A stretch of DNA of 64,000 nucleotides from assembly GCA_050117845.1 (NCBI GenBank), contig JASFLY010000001.1, forward strand, positions 224,001 to 288,000, given 5' to 3'. Below, piece after piece: positions 10,480-20,964 of this stretch. This DNA comes from Candidatus Zixiibacteriota bacterium. GTDB lineage: Bacteria; RBG-13-66-14; B26-G2; WVWN01. Made by a program: the position numbers and the translations under genes. The notes under the pieces are model-generated. The model did not search any database. It was given only the letters and a program-made list of their open reading frames with translations, and was not told the DNA's origin. How positions within the stretch are numbered: the stretch's first letter is position 1; every line of letters starts with the position of its first letter.

Positions 10480-11382
10480 TTACCCGACCGCCGCGGCGGA
10501 GTACTTCTCGAGCGCCGGGGCCTTCACCTTGTGGCGGTGGAGGCCCACCTCCTCGAGCGACAGCCCCTGGGCCAGGCCGAGCAGTTGGAAGTAGTACACC
10601 GCCGGCGTCTTGACGCTCTCGTCGTTGTACTGCCGGGCGAGCTTCACCTGGCCGAGGTCGAACTCGTTGAAGCAGGAGGGGCAAACCACACCCAACACGT
10701 CGGCCTTGACCGCCGCCACCGACTTCAACAGGTCGTACATCATCTGCGCCGGCGCCTCCTCGTGCTTGCACGCCTTGCCGCAGCACAGTATCCACTCGCC
10801 GTGCCGCACCGGCGTCGCCCCCAACGCGCCCACCAGGTCGTCCAGGATGCGCGGGTCGTCCGGGTCGTCCACCTTCATGATGTGCGAGGGTTTGAGGAGG
10901 TGGCAGCCGTAGTGGATGGCCACCGTCAGGCCCTCGAGCGGCCGGACCACCGACGCGCCGATGGCGTCCAGGCCCACCTCGTCGCGGATTAGGGTTACGA
11001 CGTGGCGGATCGTGGACGTTCCCTTGTACTCGCGGCCGACACGCGCGAGGCGCTGGTTGACCTCGTCCTTGAGCTTCTTGTTGGTGTTGAGCTGTTGATA
11101 CGTCTCGGAGAGAGTGGCGGTGCAGCCCGAGCAGATGGTGAACAGGTTAAGGCCCGCCTCCTCCGCGATGGCGAGGTTGCGCGCCGCGACCGTGAGCCAG
11201 GCCGTCTTGTCGTACGATTTGAAATAAATAGGGTCCGGGCAGCAGGTGAAGCCGGGCAGGTCCACAATCTCGATGCCGAGCTTGGGCAGCGTCTTGCGGA
11301 TAGCGGCCTCCATCTGCGGATACCGCACCGGAATCAGACACCCCGGGAAAAACGCGAACTTCTTTTGCTGGGAGGAGGCCAT
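10480..11382 (-). CDS. hdrB: Heterodisulfide reductase subunit B
   Basis: Two CCG domains: FFPGC, TCCPDP, CSGC, HYGCH, CCGKAC, CPSC. Confidence 0.92.
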   Translation of the reverse strand: MASSQQKKFAFFPGCLIPVRYPQMEAAIRKTLPKLGIEIVDLPGFTCCPDPIYFKSYDKTAWLTVAARNLAIAEEAGLNLFTICSGCTATLSETYQQLNTNKKLKDEVNQRLARVGREYKGTSTIRHVVTLIRDEVGLDAIGASVVRPLEGLTVAIHYGCHLLKPSHIMKVDDPDDPRILDDLVGALGATPVRHGEWILCCGKACKHEEAPAQMMYDLLKSVAAVKADVLGVVCPSCFNEFDLGQVKLARQYNDESVKTPAVYYFQLLGLAQGLSLEEVGLHRHKVKAPALEKYSAAAVG

Positions 11383-11401
11383 AGTCGCCGGCTCCGTTCT
11401 T

Positions 11402-11908
11402 CTACTCCAAAATCTTCTTTATCTCGGAAGTGTTAACCTCCGGGAGGGGGGCCAGGCCCAACTCCTCCCGGAGTTTCTTCGTCATACTCGTGACGGGCGC
11501 CGTCCGGCCGGTCTCGAGGACGGTGTTCACCAGGTCCCCCACCTGCGCCTTCTCGGGGTATATCCCCTTCCGGGCCATGAGGTTCTTGATGGCGATGATT
11601 ATCTCGACCGGCTTGACGTTCTGGGGACAGCGCTCGTAGCAGTTGTAGCAGTTGGTGCACTCCCATACCGGGGAGTTCGGCCCCACCAGTTCCTCGCCGA
11701 AGCCGTAAAGCACCTTGAGCATTATCTCCCGGGGGTTGAAGTCCGGCAGGTAGCGCGCGCTCGGGCAGTCGCCGACGCAGGCGCCGCACTGGTAGCAGTA
11801 GTTCACCAGCGTGCCGTCGACCACCTTCTCGACGAGCTTCTTGAACTCGAAGTCGATGGTTACGGCCGGGCCGCCTTTCCGGGCCTTGTCACTTTTTGGC
11901 TTCGGCAT
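11402..11908 (-). CDS. hdrC: Heterodisulfide reductase subunit C
   Basis: CYQCGACVGDCP and WECTNCYNCYERCP [4Fe-4S] motifs; adjacent to hdrB. Confidence 0.9.
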   Translation of the reverse strand: MPKPKSDKARKGGPAVTIDFEFKKLVEKVVDGTLVNYCYQCGACVGDCPSARYLPDFNPREIMLKVLYGFGEELVGPNSPVWECTNCYNCYERCPQNVKPVEIIIAIKNLMARKGIYPEKAQVGDLVNTVLETGRTAPVTSMTKKLREELGLAPLPEVNTSEIKKILE

Positions 11909-12050
11909 CGGCTTTCTTCTTCGCTTTTTCCGGGCGGACGCTGTTGGAGCGGCACTTGGGGCACGACCGCTCGACGTCGTCGTCGGGGGCGTACTTCTCC
12001 ACGAACTCGTGGCCGCACCTAAGACACTTGAACTTCGTCTCTTGACTCAT
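11889..12050 (-). CDS. Small (53 aa) zinc-ribbon/rubredoxin-like protein, absent from the ORF track
   Basis: Translated by hand as [53 protein letters not shown]; two CxxC motifs; fills the gap between hdrA and hdrC and overlaps both. Confidence 0.75.
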   Translation of the reverse strand: MSQETKFKCLRCGHEFVEKYAPDDDVERSCPKCRSNSVRPEKAKKKADAEAKK

Positions 12051-14526
12051 CGGCTTCCGCCTTCTTCCCCCGTTTGGCCTCGCGGGCCCGTTTCTTCTCC
12101 CATTCCTCGGTCAGCACCTTGACGGTGTGGGCGACCTCTTCCGCCGTCACCTGCCCGCGCATCTCTTCGACCTCGCGCATGACCTTGGCGAACTTCTGCC
12201 CTTCGGCCGCGCTTATCCACTCCAGCTGGAGACGCTCCGGCCTGATGCCCAGCTTCTCGAGTTTGTCCCACAAGCGGTAGACCCGCTTGACCGTCTGGCG
12301 GTTGGCGTCGATGTAGTGGCAGTCGGCGAAGTGGCAGCCGGACACCAGCACGAGCGGCGCGCCCTTCATGAACGCGTAAAGTATGAAGTCCTCGGTCACG
12401 CGGGCCGAACACATCGTCCGAACCAGCCGGGCCGTGGGCGGATACTGCAGGCGGGAGATGCCGGCGTTGTCGGCGCCGGCGTAGGAACACCAGTTGCAGG
12501 CGAAGGTGAACACCTTGTCCATGGCGTTCTCGTCTATAAGCGCGTCCATCTGCGCGTAGTACTGGTCGTCGGTGAAGTGGCCCATGGTCACGGCGCCGAA
12601 GTTGCAGGTGGCGCCGCAGTTGCCGCAGCCCATGCACATCGCCGAGATGACCCACGCCGTCTTCTTGTCCTTATCGACCTCGATGGCGTTGAAGGGGCAA
12701 ACCTTGGCGCACAGGCCGCAGCCGGTACAGAGGGCCGGATCGATGTTGGCGGTTATCGCGTCCGCCTTCACCTCGCCGGCGTTGAGGAGCGTGATGGCCC
12801 GGGCCGCCGCCGCGGAGGCCTGCGTCACCGAGTCCTTCACGTCCTTGGGCGACTCCGCGCAGCCGCAGATGTAGACCCCTCGCGTCGGCGTGTCGACCGG
12901 CTTGAGCTTGGGGTGCGCCTCCATGTAGAAGCCGTCCCCCGTAGTCGAGAGCGTCAAGAGCTTCTTGATGACCGGGCTGTCCTGCCGGGGTATAACCCCC
13001 ACCGACAGCACCACCATGTCGAATTCCTGCTCGACGACCTCGCCGGTGAGCGTGTTCTCCGCCGTGAGGGTGAGGTTCTTCGTCTGCGGGTCCTGGCGAA
13101 TCTCGCCCGGGATGCCGCGGATGTACTTAACGCCCTCCTCGCGGGACCTCATGTAGAGGTCCTCGAAGCCCTTGCCGAACGCCCGAATGTCCATGTAGAA
13201 CACCGTGCACTCGCAATCCGGGTAGTGGTCGCGTAGAAGCAGCGTGTCCTTGACGGTGTTCATACAGCAGATGTTCGAGCAGTACGGATTGCCCTTGTCG
13301 CCGGCGTTGTTCCGCGAGCCCACGCACTGGATAAACGCTATCCGCTGCGGGACGTCGTGGTCGGACGGCCGGACGAAGTGCCCCTCCGTCGCGCCGCCGG
13401 CGCAGATAAGGCGCTCGAACTCCATGGAGGTGATGACGTTGTCGTAGCGCGTATAGCAATACTCGTCGAGTTCGGTGGGGTCGTAGACGTCCATGCCCGT
13501 GGCGCAGACGATGACGCCCACGTCGAGTTCGACGATTTCGTCCTTCATGTCGTAGTCGATGCAGACCTTCTCGCAGACTTCCTCGCACTTGCCGCACGCA
13601 ATCGGGTTGGTCCCCAGGCAGGCGTCCATGTCGATGATGTACGACGCGGGGACGGCCTGCGGGAACGGCAGGTATACGGCCTTGCGCGACGATAAGCCCA
13701 TTTGGAATTCGTCCGGCACGACCACGGGGCACACTTCGGCGCACTCCGCGCAGGAGGAGCAGTCCTCCTCGCGAACGTAGCGCGCTTTCTTGCGCACCTT
13801 GACCTTGAAGTTGCCGACGTAGCCGTCCACGGCGTCAACTTCGCTGAAAGCCATCAACTCGATCCGGGGATGCCTACCGACATCCATCATTTTAGGACCG
13901 AGTATTCATATGGAGCAGTCCATCGTGGGATAGGTCTTGTCGAGCGCGGCCATAATGCCGCCTATCGACGGTTCCTTCTCCACCAGATAGACCTTGTATC
14001 CGGAATCCGCCAGGTCGAGCGAGGCCTGGATGCCGGCCACGCCGCCGCCTATTACGAGCGCGGCCTGTGAAACCGGATAACGCGACTCCTGTCGCGGCTC
14101 GAGTCGGGCCGCCCGGGCCACGGCGCTTTTGACCAGGTCCTTCGCCTTCTGCGTCGCGCCGTCCTTGTCGCCGCCGTGCACCCACGATACGTGTTCGCGC
14201 AGGTTGGCCATCTCCATGAGATACGGGTTCAGGCCCTCGCTCGCCACGCACTCCCGGAAAGTGGGTTCGTGCATGAGCGGCGTACAGGAAGCCACGACCA
14301 CGCGGTTCAGCTTGTGCTCGCGGATGGCGTTCTTGATCTCGTTCTGGCCGGGGTCGGCGCAGGTGTAGCGGTTGCGCACGACCGCCACGACGTCGGGCAA
14401 AGTCTTGGCGTACTCCGTCACGGCCGCGGTGTCTACCGTACCGGCGATGTTCAGGCCGCAGTCGCAGACGAAGACGCCGATACGCAACTCCTCGCTGGCG
14501 CCGGTCTTCTTTTCCTCGTTGGACAA
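12019..14526 (-). CDS. hdrA: Heterodisulfide reductase subunit A fused to a C-terminal MvhD domain; selenoprotein (in-frame TGA at 13906-13908)
   Basis: ORFs 13906..14544 and 12019..13890 join in frame as [43 protein letters not shown]-terminal [21 protein letters not shown] is MvhD-like. Start is TTG 14526 or ATG 14544. Confidence 0.9.
13868..13885 (-). promoter_or_regulatory. Bacterial SECIS-like hairpin (hdrA-mvhD)
   Basis: GGAUGUC-GGUA-GGCAUCC stem-loop starting 20 nt after the UGA; identical copy at 19265-19282. Confidence 0.75.
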
Positions 14527-14577
14527 ATCGTCACCCCCTTCCATTCGGAGGGTTAATACTACTTGAACGTGGAAGTT

Positions 14578-15738
14578 TTATTTTTCTTTTACTTTCGCGG
14601 CAAGGCGCGACGCTACCACCGTGGCCAGGTCGCGCACTTCCATTTTTATTTCGTCGCCCAGGTTGGGGTCGTGCATCGCGCAGCGAAAATGAATCTCGCA
14701 CTTGGGGCAGGCGGTCACGAGCGTCGTCGCGCCCGTGGCCCGGGCCTCGCGCAAGCGCTCCACCTGAATTTCCTTGGAGAACCGGTCGCAGTTGAGCCAG
14801 CCGTTTCCGGCGCAGCACAGCGCCCCCGTCCCGGAGCGGCCCATCTCGGCCAGCGGCACGCCGGCCGCGGAAAGCACCTGCCGCGGCGGCTCCACCACGC
14901 CGGCGAAACGGCCCAGCCGGCACGGGTCCTGGAACGTGACGGCCTCCTCCTCGCCGTCCGCGAAGTTGAGGTCAGCCGCACGCTCCGCCAGGAACTCGCT
15001 AATGTGCTGAACGTCGAAGGGGAGAGCCCCTACTACTTTGGGATAATCCTCCCGGAACGTGTAGTACCCTTCCGGGCAGTTGAAGACGACCGTCTTGATG
15101 CCGCGGCTCCGCAACAGCTCCACGTTGAGGCGGGCGAGCTTCTCGAAGTTCTCGGCGTCGCCGCCCCACAACAGGTCGTGGCCGCAGCAGCGTTCGTCCG
15201 GCATGACCACCGGCTCGATGCCGAGGGCGTTGAGTACCTTTACGGTGCTCTTGACGCCGGCGAGCGTGTCCACCTCGAGCTCCGTGAAGAAGGCGTCGAA
15301 GTAGGGCGCGCAGCCGACGAAGAAGGCCACTTCGCCCTCGGCCGCGATTTTGAGGTCGTCCGTAACCCAGGCCAGCCGGTCCTGCTTCAACTCCCCCGCC
15401 GTCATGAGTTTCATGAGCGACTGGAAAGCGCCGCCGTGGCTGCAGTTGCCGGCGAACTCCCGGCCGTAGGTCGCGCGGCGCAACTCGCGAATCAGGTCGA
15501 CGAAGTGCACGCCGGAGGGACAGCGGGCGTCGCAGGCCATGCAGGTCAGACAGACCGAGAGTTCCTGCGGCTCCGGGAGGTGGCCGCCGGCGAGCGCCCG
15601 GCTAATCAGGCGGCGCGGCGAGTAGGACCGGTTGTAGCGGGCGACGACGCAGCTCGCCGTGCACTTCCCGCATTCCAGGCACAGGAACGCGTTAGCGTCT
15701 TTCAGCGTTTTAACGTCCAGGGGGGAAGCGGTCGCCAT
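14578..15738 (-). CDS. HdrD-like Fe-S oxidoreductase (two [4Fe-4S] motifs plus CCG domains)
   Basis: CLECGKCTASC, CLTCMACDARCP, FFVGC, RCCGHD, FQDPCRLGR, LCCAG, TACPKC. Confidence 0.85.
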   Translation of the reverse strand: MATASPLDVKTLKDANAFLCLECGKCTASCVVARYNRSYSPRRLISRALAGGHLPEPQELSVCLTCMACDARCPSGVHFVDLIRELRRATYGREFAGNCSHGGAFQSLMKLMTAGELKQDRLAWVTDDLKIAAEGEVAFFVGCAPYFDAFFTELEVDTLAGVKSTVKVLNALGIEPVVMPDERCCGHDLLWGGDAENFEKLARLNVELLRSRGIKTVVFNCPEGYYTFREDYPKVVGALPFDVQHISEFLAERAADLNFADGEEEAVTFQDPCRLGRFAGVVEPPRQVLSAAGVPLAEMGRSGTGALCCAGNGWLNCDRFSKEIQVERLREARATGATTLVTACPKCEIHFRCAMHDPNLGDEIKMEVRDLATVVASRLAAKVKEK

Positions 15739-15751
15739 AGCCTTTTAACCT

Positions 15752-16390
15752 TTACCGGGCAAGCGCCGACGCGTCGGCGTACTCCTCGGCGTCCTGCGGC
15801 AGCTCCGCGGCCGGGGACACCAGGCCCGCCGGCCCCAGCGCCGTAACGGTTTCCACGAACTCGTTTATGACGCGGCCGAACTTGGGCCCCTCCGCCGCGC
15901 TGATCCATTCCAACCTAATCCGGCCTTCCTCCAGGCCGAGTATCTTGAGCAGGGCCTTGGTCTTATCGAACTGCTCGACGGCGCGCTCGTTGCCGAAGAT
16001 GTAGTGGCAGTCGCCGAAGTGGCAGCCGGACACCAGGACGCCGTCCGCCCCCAGCTCGAACGCCCGCAGGACGAACGCGGGGTGGACCCGGCCCGAGCAC
16101 ATCACCCGGATGATGCGGAAGTTCGGCGAATACTGGATCCGCGATATCCCGGCGGTGTCGGCCCCGGCGTAGGAGCACCAGTTGCACGCGAATACGACGA
16201 TGCGCGGCACGAAGTCCTTGGGGGGCGCCGCCTTTTTCTTCGCGGCGGCCGGAGTCTTCTTCCCCGCGGCCGCGGCTTTCTTCGTTTCGGTCGAGGCCGC
16301 CTTCTTCGGTTTCTTGGCGGCCGGCGCCTTCTTCTTCGCCGGCGCGGCCTTCTCTTTGACCGTCCCCGATTTGCCTTTCGGTGGCGTCAT
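15752..16390 (-). CDS. mvhD: Methyl-viologen-reducing hydrogenase delta subunit with a Lys/Ala-rich N-terminal tail
   Basis: [38 protein letters not shown]. Confidence 0.92.
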   Translation of the reverse strand: MTPPKGKSGTVKEKAAPAKKKAPAAKKPKKAASTETKKAAAAGKKTPAAAKKKAAPPKDFVPRIVVFACNWCSYAGADTAGISRIQYSPNFRIIRVMCSGRVHPAFVLRAFELGADGVLVSGCHFGDCHYIFGNERAVEQFDKTKALLKILGLEEGRIRLEWISAAEGPKFGRVINEFVETVTALGPAGLVSPAAELPQDAEEYADASALAR

Positions 16391-19300
16391 TTCTTACCTG
16401 CCGGGGGGAGAACCGTTTCGAGCATCGTATGAATCTGGAGGTCCGTGAAGTGCCGGGCCACGATGGCGCCCGTGGGGCACCACACCGCGCAGGTGCCGCA
16501 GCCCTTGCAGACCGCCTCGTTTATCCGCGCCACGTAGACGCCGGACTTGAGTTGCACCAGCTCCGGCGCGTTGAACTGGCAGATGTCGGCGCACTGGCCA
16601 CAGCCGCGGCATAGCGTCTCGTCCACCGTCGCGATGACGGGTTCGAGCTTGACGGTGTCGCGGGCCAGCAGGCGCGCCACCTTGGCCGCCGCCGCCGAGG
16701 CCTGCGAGAGCGAGTCGGCGATGTCCTTGGGGGCCTGGAGGCAGCCGACGATGAAAACGCCGTCGGTCGTCGTCTCCACGGGCCCCAGTTCCGGGTGCCG
16801 CTCCATGAGGAACTTGTCGTCGCCCCGGGGAATCTTGAATATGGATTGCAATATAGTGGTGTCCGGCTCGCGGGGGACCATGCCGGTGGACAGGACTACC
16901 AGGTCGGCGGGGGCCCGCACCCGCGATTTGAGAAGGATGTCGTAGGCCTCGACCGCCCCGGCGACTTTGCCGGAGGCGTCGGCCACGACTTCGGCGCGGT
17001 CGTCCTCCGCTATCTTGATGAAGAGCACGCCCTTGCCGCGGGCCGTCCGGTACATCTCCTCAGCGCCGTCGCTCACGGTCCGGATGTCCTTGTAGAACAC
17101 CGTGACGTCGGCGCCGTGTTCCCGGAGCATCAGCGCCTGCTTTATCGTCGTCGGACAGCAGTAGCGCGAGCACCCGGGGTTCCCCTCCTCGCAGCGCGAG
17201 CCTACGCACTGGATGAAGGCCACGCTATCGGGCTGCTGGCCTTCCACGACCGCCCGGCCGCCGTGCTCGGCGAAGTTCTGCTCGAGGCCCAGGCTCGTTA
17301 TGACGTTGGGGAACTCGCCGTAGTGGTACTCGCCCTTCGGGTCGTAGAGGCCGGCGCCCACCGCGAGGACGATGGCGCCGACGCGCAGCTTCCGCGTCTG
17401 GCCCTTCTTCTTGCCGGAGGCGTCGGCCAGCTCCACCTCGAAATTGCCGACGAAGCCGTCCACCCGGGCGACCTCGGTATTGAGGAGGACCTCGACGCCG
17501 GCGTCGTCGAGCTGCGCTATCTTCTCGGCGATGAGCTTGTCGGCGTCGCGGCCCGAGGGGTAGAGTTTGGTCAACGAAGGCCGGTTGAGCCTGCCTCCCA
17601 GCTTGTCCGTCTTCTCGATTATGGTCGTTTTGAAACCCTGCCGGGCTATCTCTAGCGCGGCCTGCAACCCCGCCACGCCCCCGCCCACCACCAGCGCCGC
17701 CGACTCCACCGGGACGTCGATCATGTTGAGCGGCTCCAGCTTCCGGGCCCGGGCCACCGCCATGCCTATCTGGTCGCGGGCGCGGTCGAGCGCCGCTTCG
17801 GGCTCACCCACGTGCACCCAGGAGCACTGGTCGCGGATGTTGACCATCTCGAAGAGGTAGGCGTTCAGGCCCACGGCCTCGCAGGCCTTGCGGAAGACCG
17901 GCTCGTGGGTCCGCGGCGTGCACGCCGCCACCACCAGCCGGTTAAGGTTGTGTTCGATTATGGCGTCCTGGATGACGCGCTGGCTGGTGTCGGAACAGGC
18001 GAAGAGTTCGTCGGAGGCGTACACGACGCCGTCCAGGGTCGAGGCGTACTCGACCAGGTTGCCGATGTCCAGGAGGCCCGCGATGTTGGCGCCGCAGTGG
18101 CACACGAAGACGCCGATGCGCGGCTCCCCCGAGGGGTCGATTTGCTCGACGTCGACCACCTCGTCCGGCACGCGCAACTCGGCCACGTGCTTGGCGGCCA
18201 ACGCCGCCGCGCCGGAGGCCTGGGCCACGCAGTCCGGGATAACTTGTGGACCACCCGCCGAGCCACAGAGGTAGACGCCGTCCCGCGTCGTCTCGAGGTA
18301 GAACGAATCCGGGTCGCGTTTGCGGATGAAGCCGTAGCGGTCGAGTTCGATGCCCAGCGCCTCGGCCAGGTCGCGCGTCGTCTCGTTGGGCCGTGCGGCC
18401 ACCGAGAGCACGACCAGGTCGGCCTCCAGCTGGACGCGCTTCCCGTCCAGCGTATCCTCGGCGTATACGGTCATCGTGCCGTCCTCGGCGCCCGTTATTT
18501 TCGAAGGCCGGCCGCGGACGTAGTGGATCTCGTCCACCTCCCGCGAGCGATCGACGAACTGCTCGAACCCTTTGCCGAAGGCCCGGAGGTCGGTATACAG
18601 GATGGTCATGGACTCGACGTTCGGGTCGTGGATCTTCGCGAGCATCGCGTCCTTGACGGCGTTCATGCAGCAGAAGCGCGAACAGAAGTGCTGGCCGCCC
18701 TCGCCCCGGGCGCCCACGCACTGCACGTACACTATGCGCTTGGGGGCCTTGCGGTCGGTGGGGCGGACGATGTGGCCGCGGGTGGGGCCGGAGGCGGAGA
18801 GCATCCGCTCGAACTCGAGCGACGTCATCACGTTCTCGTAGATGCCATAGCCGTAGTTGCGCATGACGCGGGGGTCGAACTCGTCGAAGCCCGTGGCCAC
18901 GATAACCGCTCCGACCTCTATCTCCTCGTCGCGGACCCGCTGGTCGAAGTCGACGGCGTCGCGCTTGCACGCGGTGGCGCAGTTGCTGCACGCGAGGAAG
19001 GTTTCCTCGTTCAGGCAGGCGTCGCGGTCTATCATATAGGCCGCGGGGACCGCCTGCGGGAAGGGCCTGAAAATGGCCTTGCGGGCCCCCAGGCCGTGCT
19101 CGTAGAAGCTGGGCGCCACCATCGGGCACACCTCTTCGCAGTCGCCGCACCCCACGCACTCATCCTCGTCGACGTAGCGCGGATAGCGCCGCACCGTCGC
19201 GACGAAGTTGCCCGGGGTGCCCCGAAGGCCTACTAATTCCGAAAGCGTTAGAAGCTCGACGTTAGGATGCCTACCGACATCCATCATTTTAGGGCCGAGA

Positions 19301-19518
19301 ATTCATATCGAGCAGTCCATCGTCGGGAAGGTCTTGTCGAGCTGGCTCATGCGGCCGCCGATACTCGGCCCCCGCTCGACCAGATAGACCTTTACGCGCG
19401 CATCCGCCAGGTCCAGGGCCGCCTGGATCCCGGCGATGCCGCCCCCGAGGATGAGGACGCCCTTGGCCCTACTCGGCTCCGCTTTCGGCTCCGGCTGGGG
19501 CTTCGGCTTTGGCGCCAC
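16387..19518 (-). CDS. hdrA: Large HdrA-like flavoprotein with two FAD-binding modules; selenoprotein (in-frame TGA at 19303-19305)
   Basis: ORFs 19303..19554 and 16387..19287 join in frame as [31 protein letters not shown] and GGGVAG motifs; several ferredoxin motifs; GTG start after AAGGAG. Confidence 0.88.
19265..19282 (-). promoter_or_regulatory. Bacterial SECIS-like hairpin (large hdrA)
   Basis: GGAUGUC-GGUA-GGCAUCC, 20 nt downstream of the UGA. Confidence 0.75.
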
Positions 19519-20059
19519 CGTCTCCTTCCTTGTGGGCATCGTAGCCCAGTTCAAAAGCTTTGACGTTCAGTTCTATGGTTCCCTTCGGGACCGACGTCTT
19601 TATCGCCTCCAGCATCGCTTCCTTGGGGACGGCGCCGGTCACCGCGGTGAAGTATCCCAGTATGACGATGTTCGTTACTATCTTGCGGCCGAGGTCGGTT
19701 TCGGCCATGCGCTGGGCCTGGATCGGGTAAGCCTGTGCGGTCTTTTTAATATCGCCGGGGTCGACCAGGTCCTCGTCGTAGATGAGGGTGCCGTCGTCCT
19801 TGAGCTCGCCGGCGAACTTCGAGTACCCCTCCTGCGACATCGCGACCAGAACGTCCGACTTGCGGATGTACGGGTAGAGGATCTCCTTGTCGTCTATCAG
19901 GACCTGCGTCGAGCAGGCGGAGCCTCGCGCCTCCGGGCCGTACGCCTGGGACATGGTGGCGTTCTTCTCGTCGTAAATGGACGCGGCCTTACCGACGATA
20001 ACGCCCGAAAGTATGACGCCCTGGCCTCCGAAACCGGTTATGCGGATTTCGCGCCTCAT
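19469..20059 (-). CDS. korC: 2-oxoacid:ferredoxin oxidoreductase gamma subunit
   Basis: [23 protein letters not shown]. Confidence 0.88.
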   Translation of the reverse strand: MRREIRITGFGGQGVILSGVIVGKAASIYDEKNATMSQAYGPEARGSACSTQVLIDDKEILYPYIRKSDVLVAMSQEGYSKFAGELKDDGTLIYDEDLVDPGDIKKTAQAYPIQAQRMAETDLGRKIVTNIVILGYFTAVTGAVPKEAMLEAIKTSVPKGTIELNVKAFELGYDAHKEGDGGAKAEAPAGAESGAE

Positions 20060-20964
20060 CGCTCACACGCCTCCTCCATAAGTTTCGCCCGGTAATACCT
20101 GTCGCCCAACTTATCCGTCAGATACCGGTCCCAGTTTTCCAACCAGGTGGGCCGGTCGCGGTCGATGAATTTGCCGCAGATTATGGGGCCGCCGAAGACG
20201 ATGTCCGTCTCGGCCGGATCGATGCCGTGCTCTATTACGGTGTTGTCGTGATAGTACTTGAGGATGTCGAGGCCGGTGCCCAGCCGGTTGCGGCGGGCGT
20301 AAAGCGTCGAACACGGCGTGATTATCTCGACGAAACAGAAGCCCGGTTTCTGCAGCATCTCGGTGAACGCCTTCGTCAACCGGCGCACGTGGAGCGCCGT
20401 CCAGCGGGCGACGTAGTTCGCGCCGCAGGCCGCCGCCAGGTGGCACAGGTTGAACGGCTGCTCCGCGTTACCGTAGGGCGTCGTCGACGTGAGGGCGGTG
20501 AGGGGCGTCGTCGGCGCGACCTGGCCGCCCGTCATGCCGTAGATGAAGTTGTTGACGCAGACTATCTTGATGTCCATGTTGCGCCGGGCGGCGTGGATGA
20601 AGTGGTTGCCGCCGATGGCCGAGAGGTCGCCGTCCCCGGAGAAGACTATAACGTCGAGCTCGGGCTTGGCGAGCTTCAGGCCGGTGGCGAACGGTATCGG
20701 CCGGCCGTGCGTCGTGTGGAAACTGTCCAGCTTGACGTAACCGGCGACGCGGCCGGTACAGCCGATGCCGGATACGATGCTTATCTTGTCGAGGTCCTTC
20801 TCCAGCTTTTCGAAAGAGGCCACGAGCGCCTTGACCGCGGTCCCGATGCCGCAGGTGCTGCACCAGATGTGCGGCATCCGGTCCATTCGCAAGTACGGTG
20901 CTATGGGGTGCTCGTCCGCGCTGACGGCGGCGATGACCGCTTCGGGTACGCCTTTAGGGCTCAT
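20056..20964 (-). CDS. korB: 2-oxoacid:ferredoxin oxidoreductase beta (TPP-binding) subunit
   Basis: HIWCSTCG, SGIGC, HTTHGR, GDGD..IGGNH, NNFIYGMTGGQ; ATGA overlap with the alpha subunit stop. Confidence 0.9.
   Translation of the reverse strand: MSPKGVPEAVIAAVSADEHPIAPYLRMDRMPHIWCSTCGIGTAVKALVASFEKLEKDLDKISIVSGIGCTGRVAGYVKLDSFHTTHGRPIPFATGLKLAKPELDVIVFSGDGDLSAIGGNHFIHAARRNMDIKIVCVNNFIYGMTGGQVAPTTPLTALTSTTPYGNAEQPFNLCHLAAACGANYVARWTALHVRRLTKAFTEMLQKPGFCFVEIITPCSTLYARRNRLGTGLDILKYYHDNTVIEHGIDPAETDIVFGGPIICGKFIDRDRPTWLENWDRYLTDKLGDRYYRAKLMEEACER

Noticed and set aside
13906..13908. hdrA genes (also 19303-19305) and mvhA (61363-61365) as nonsense-mutated pseudogenes
   Set aside because: All three stops are TGA at conserved Cys positions, are followed by GGU-loop hairpins and have intact downstream frames, so selenocysteine is the simpler explanation
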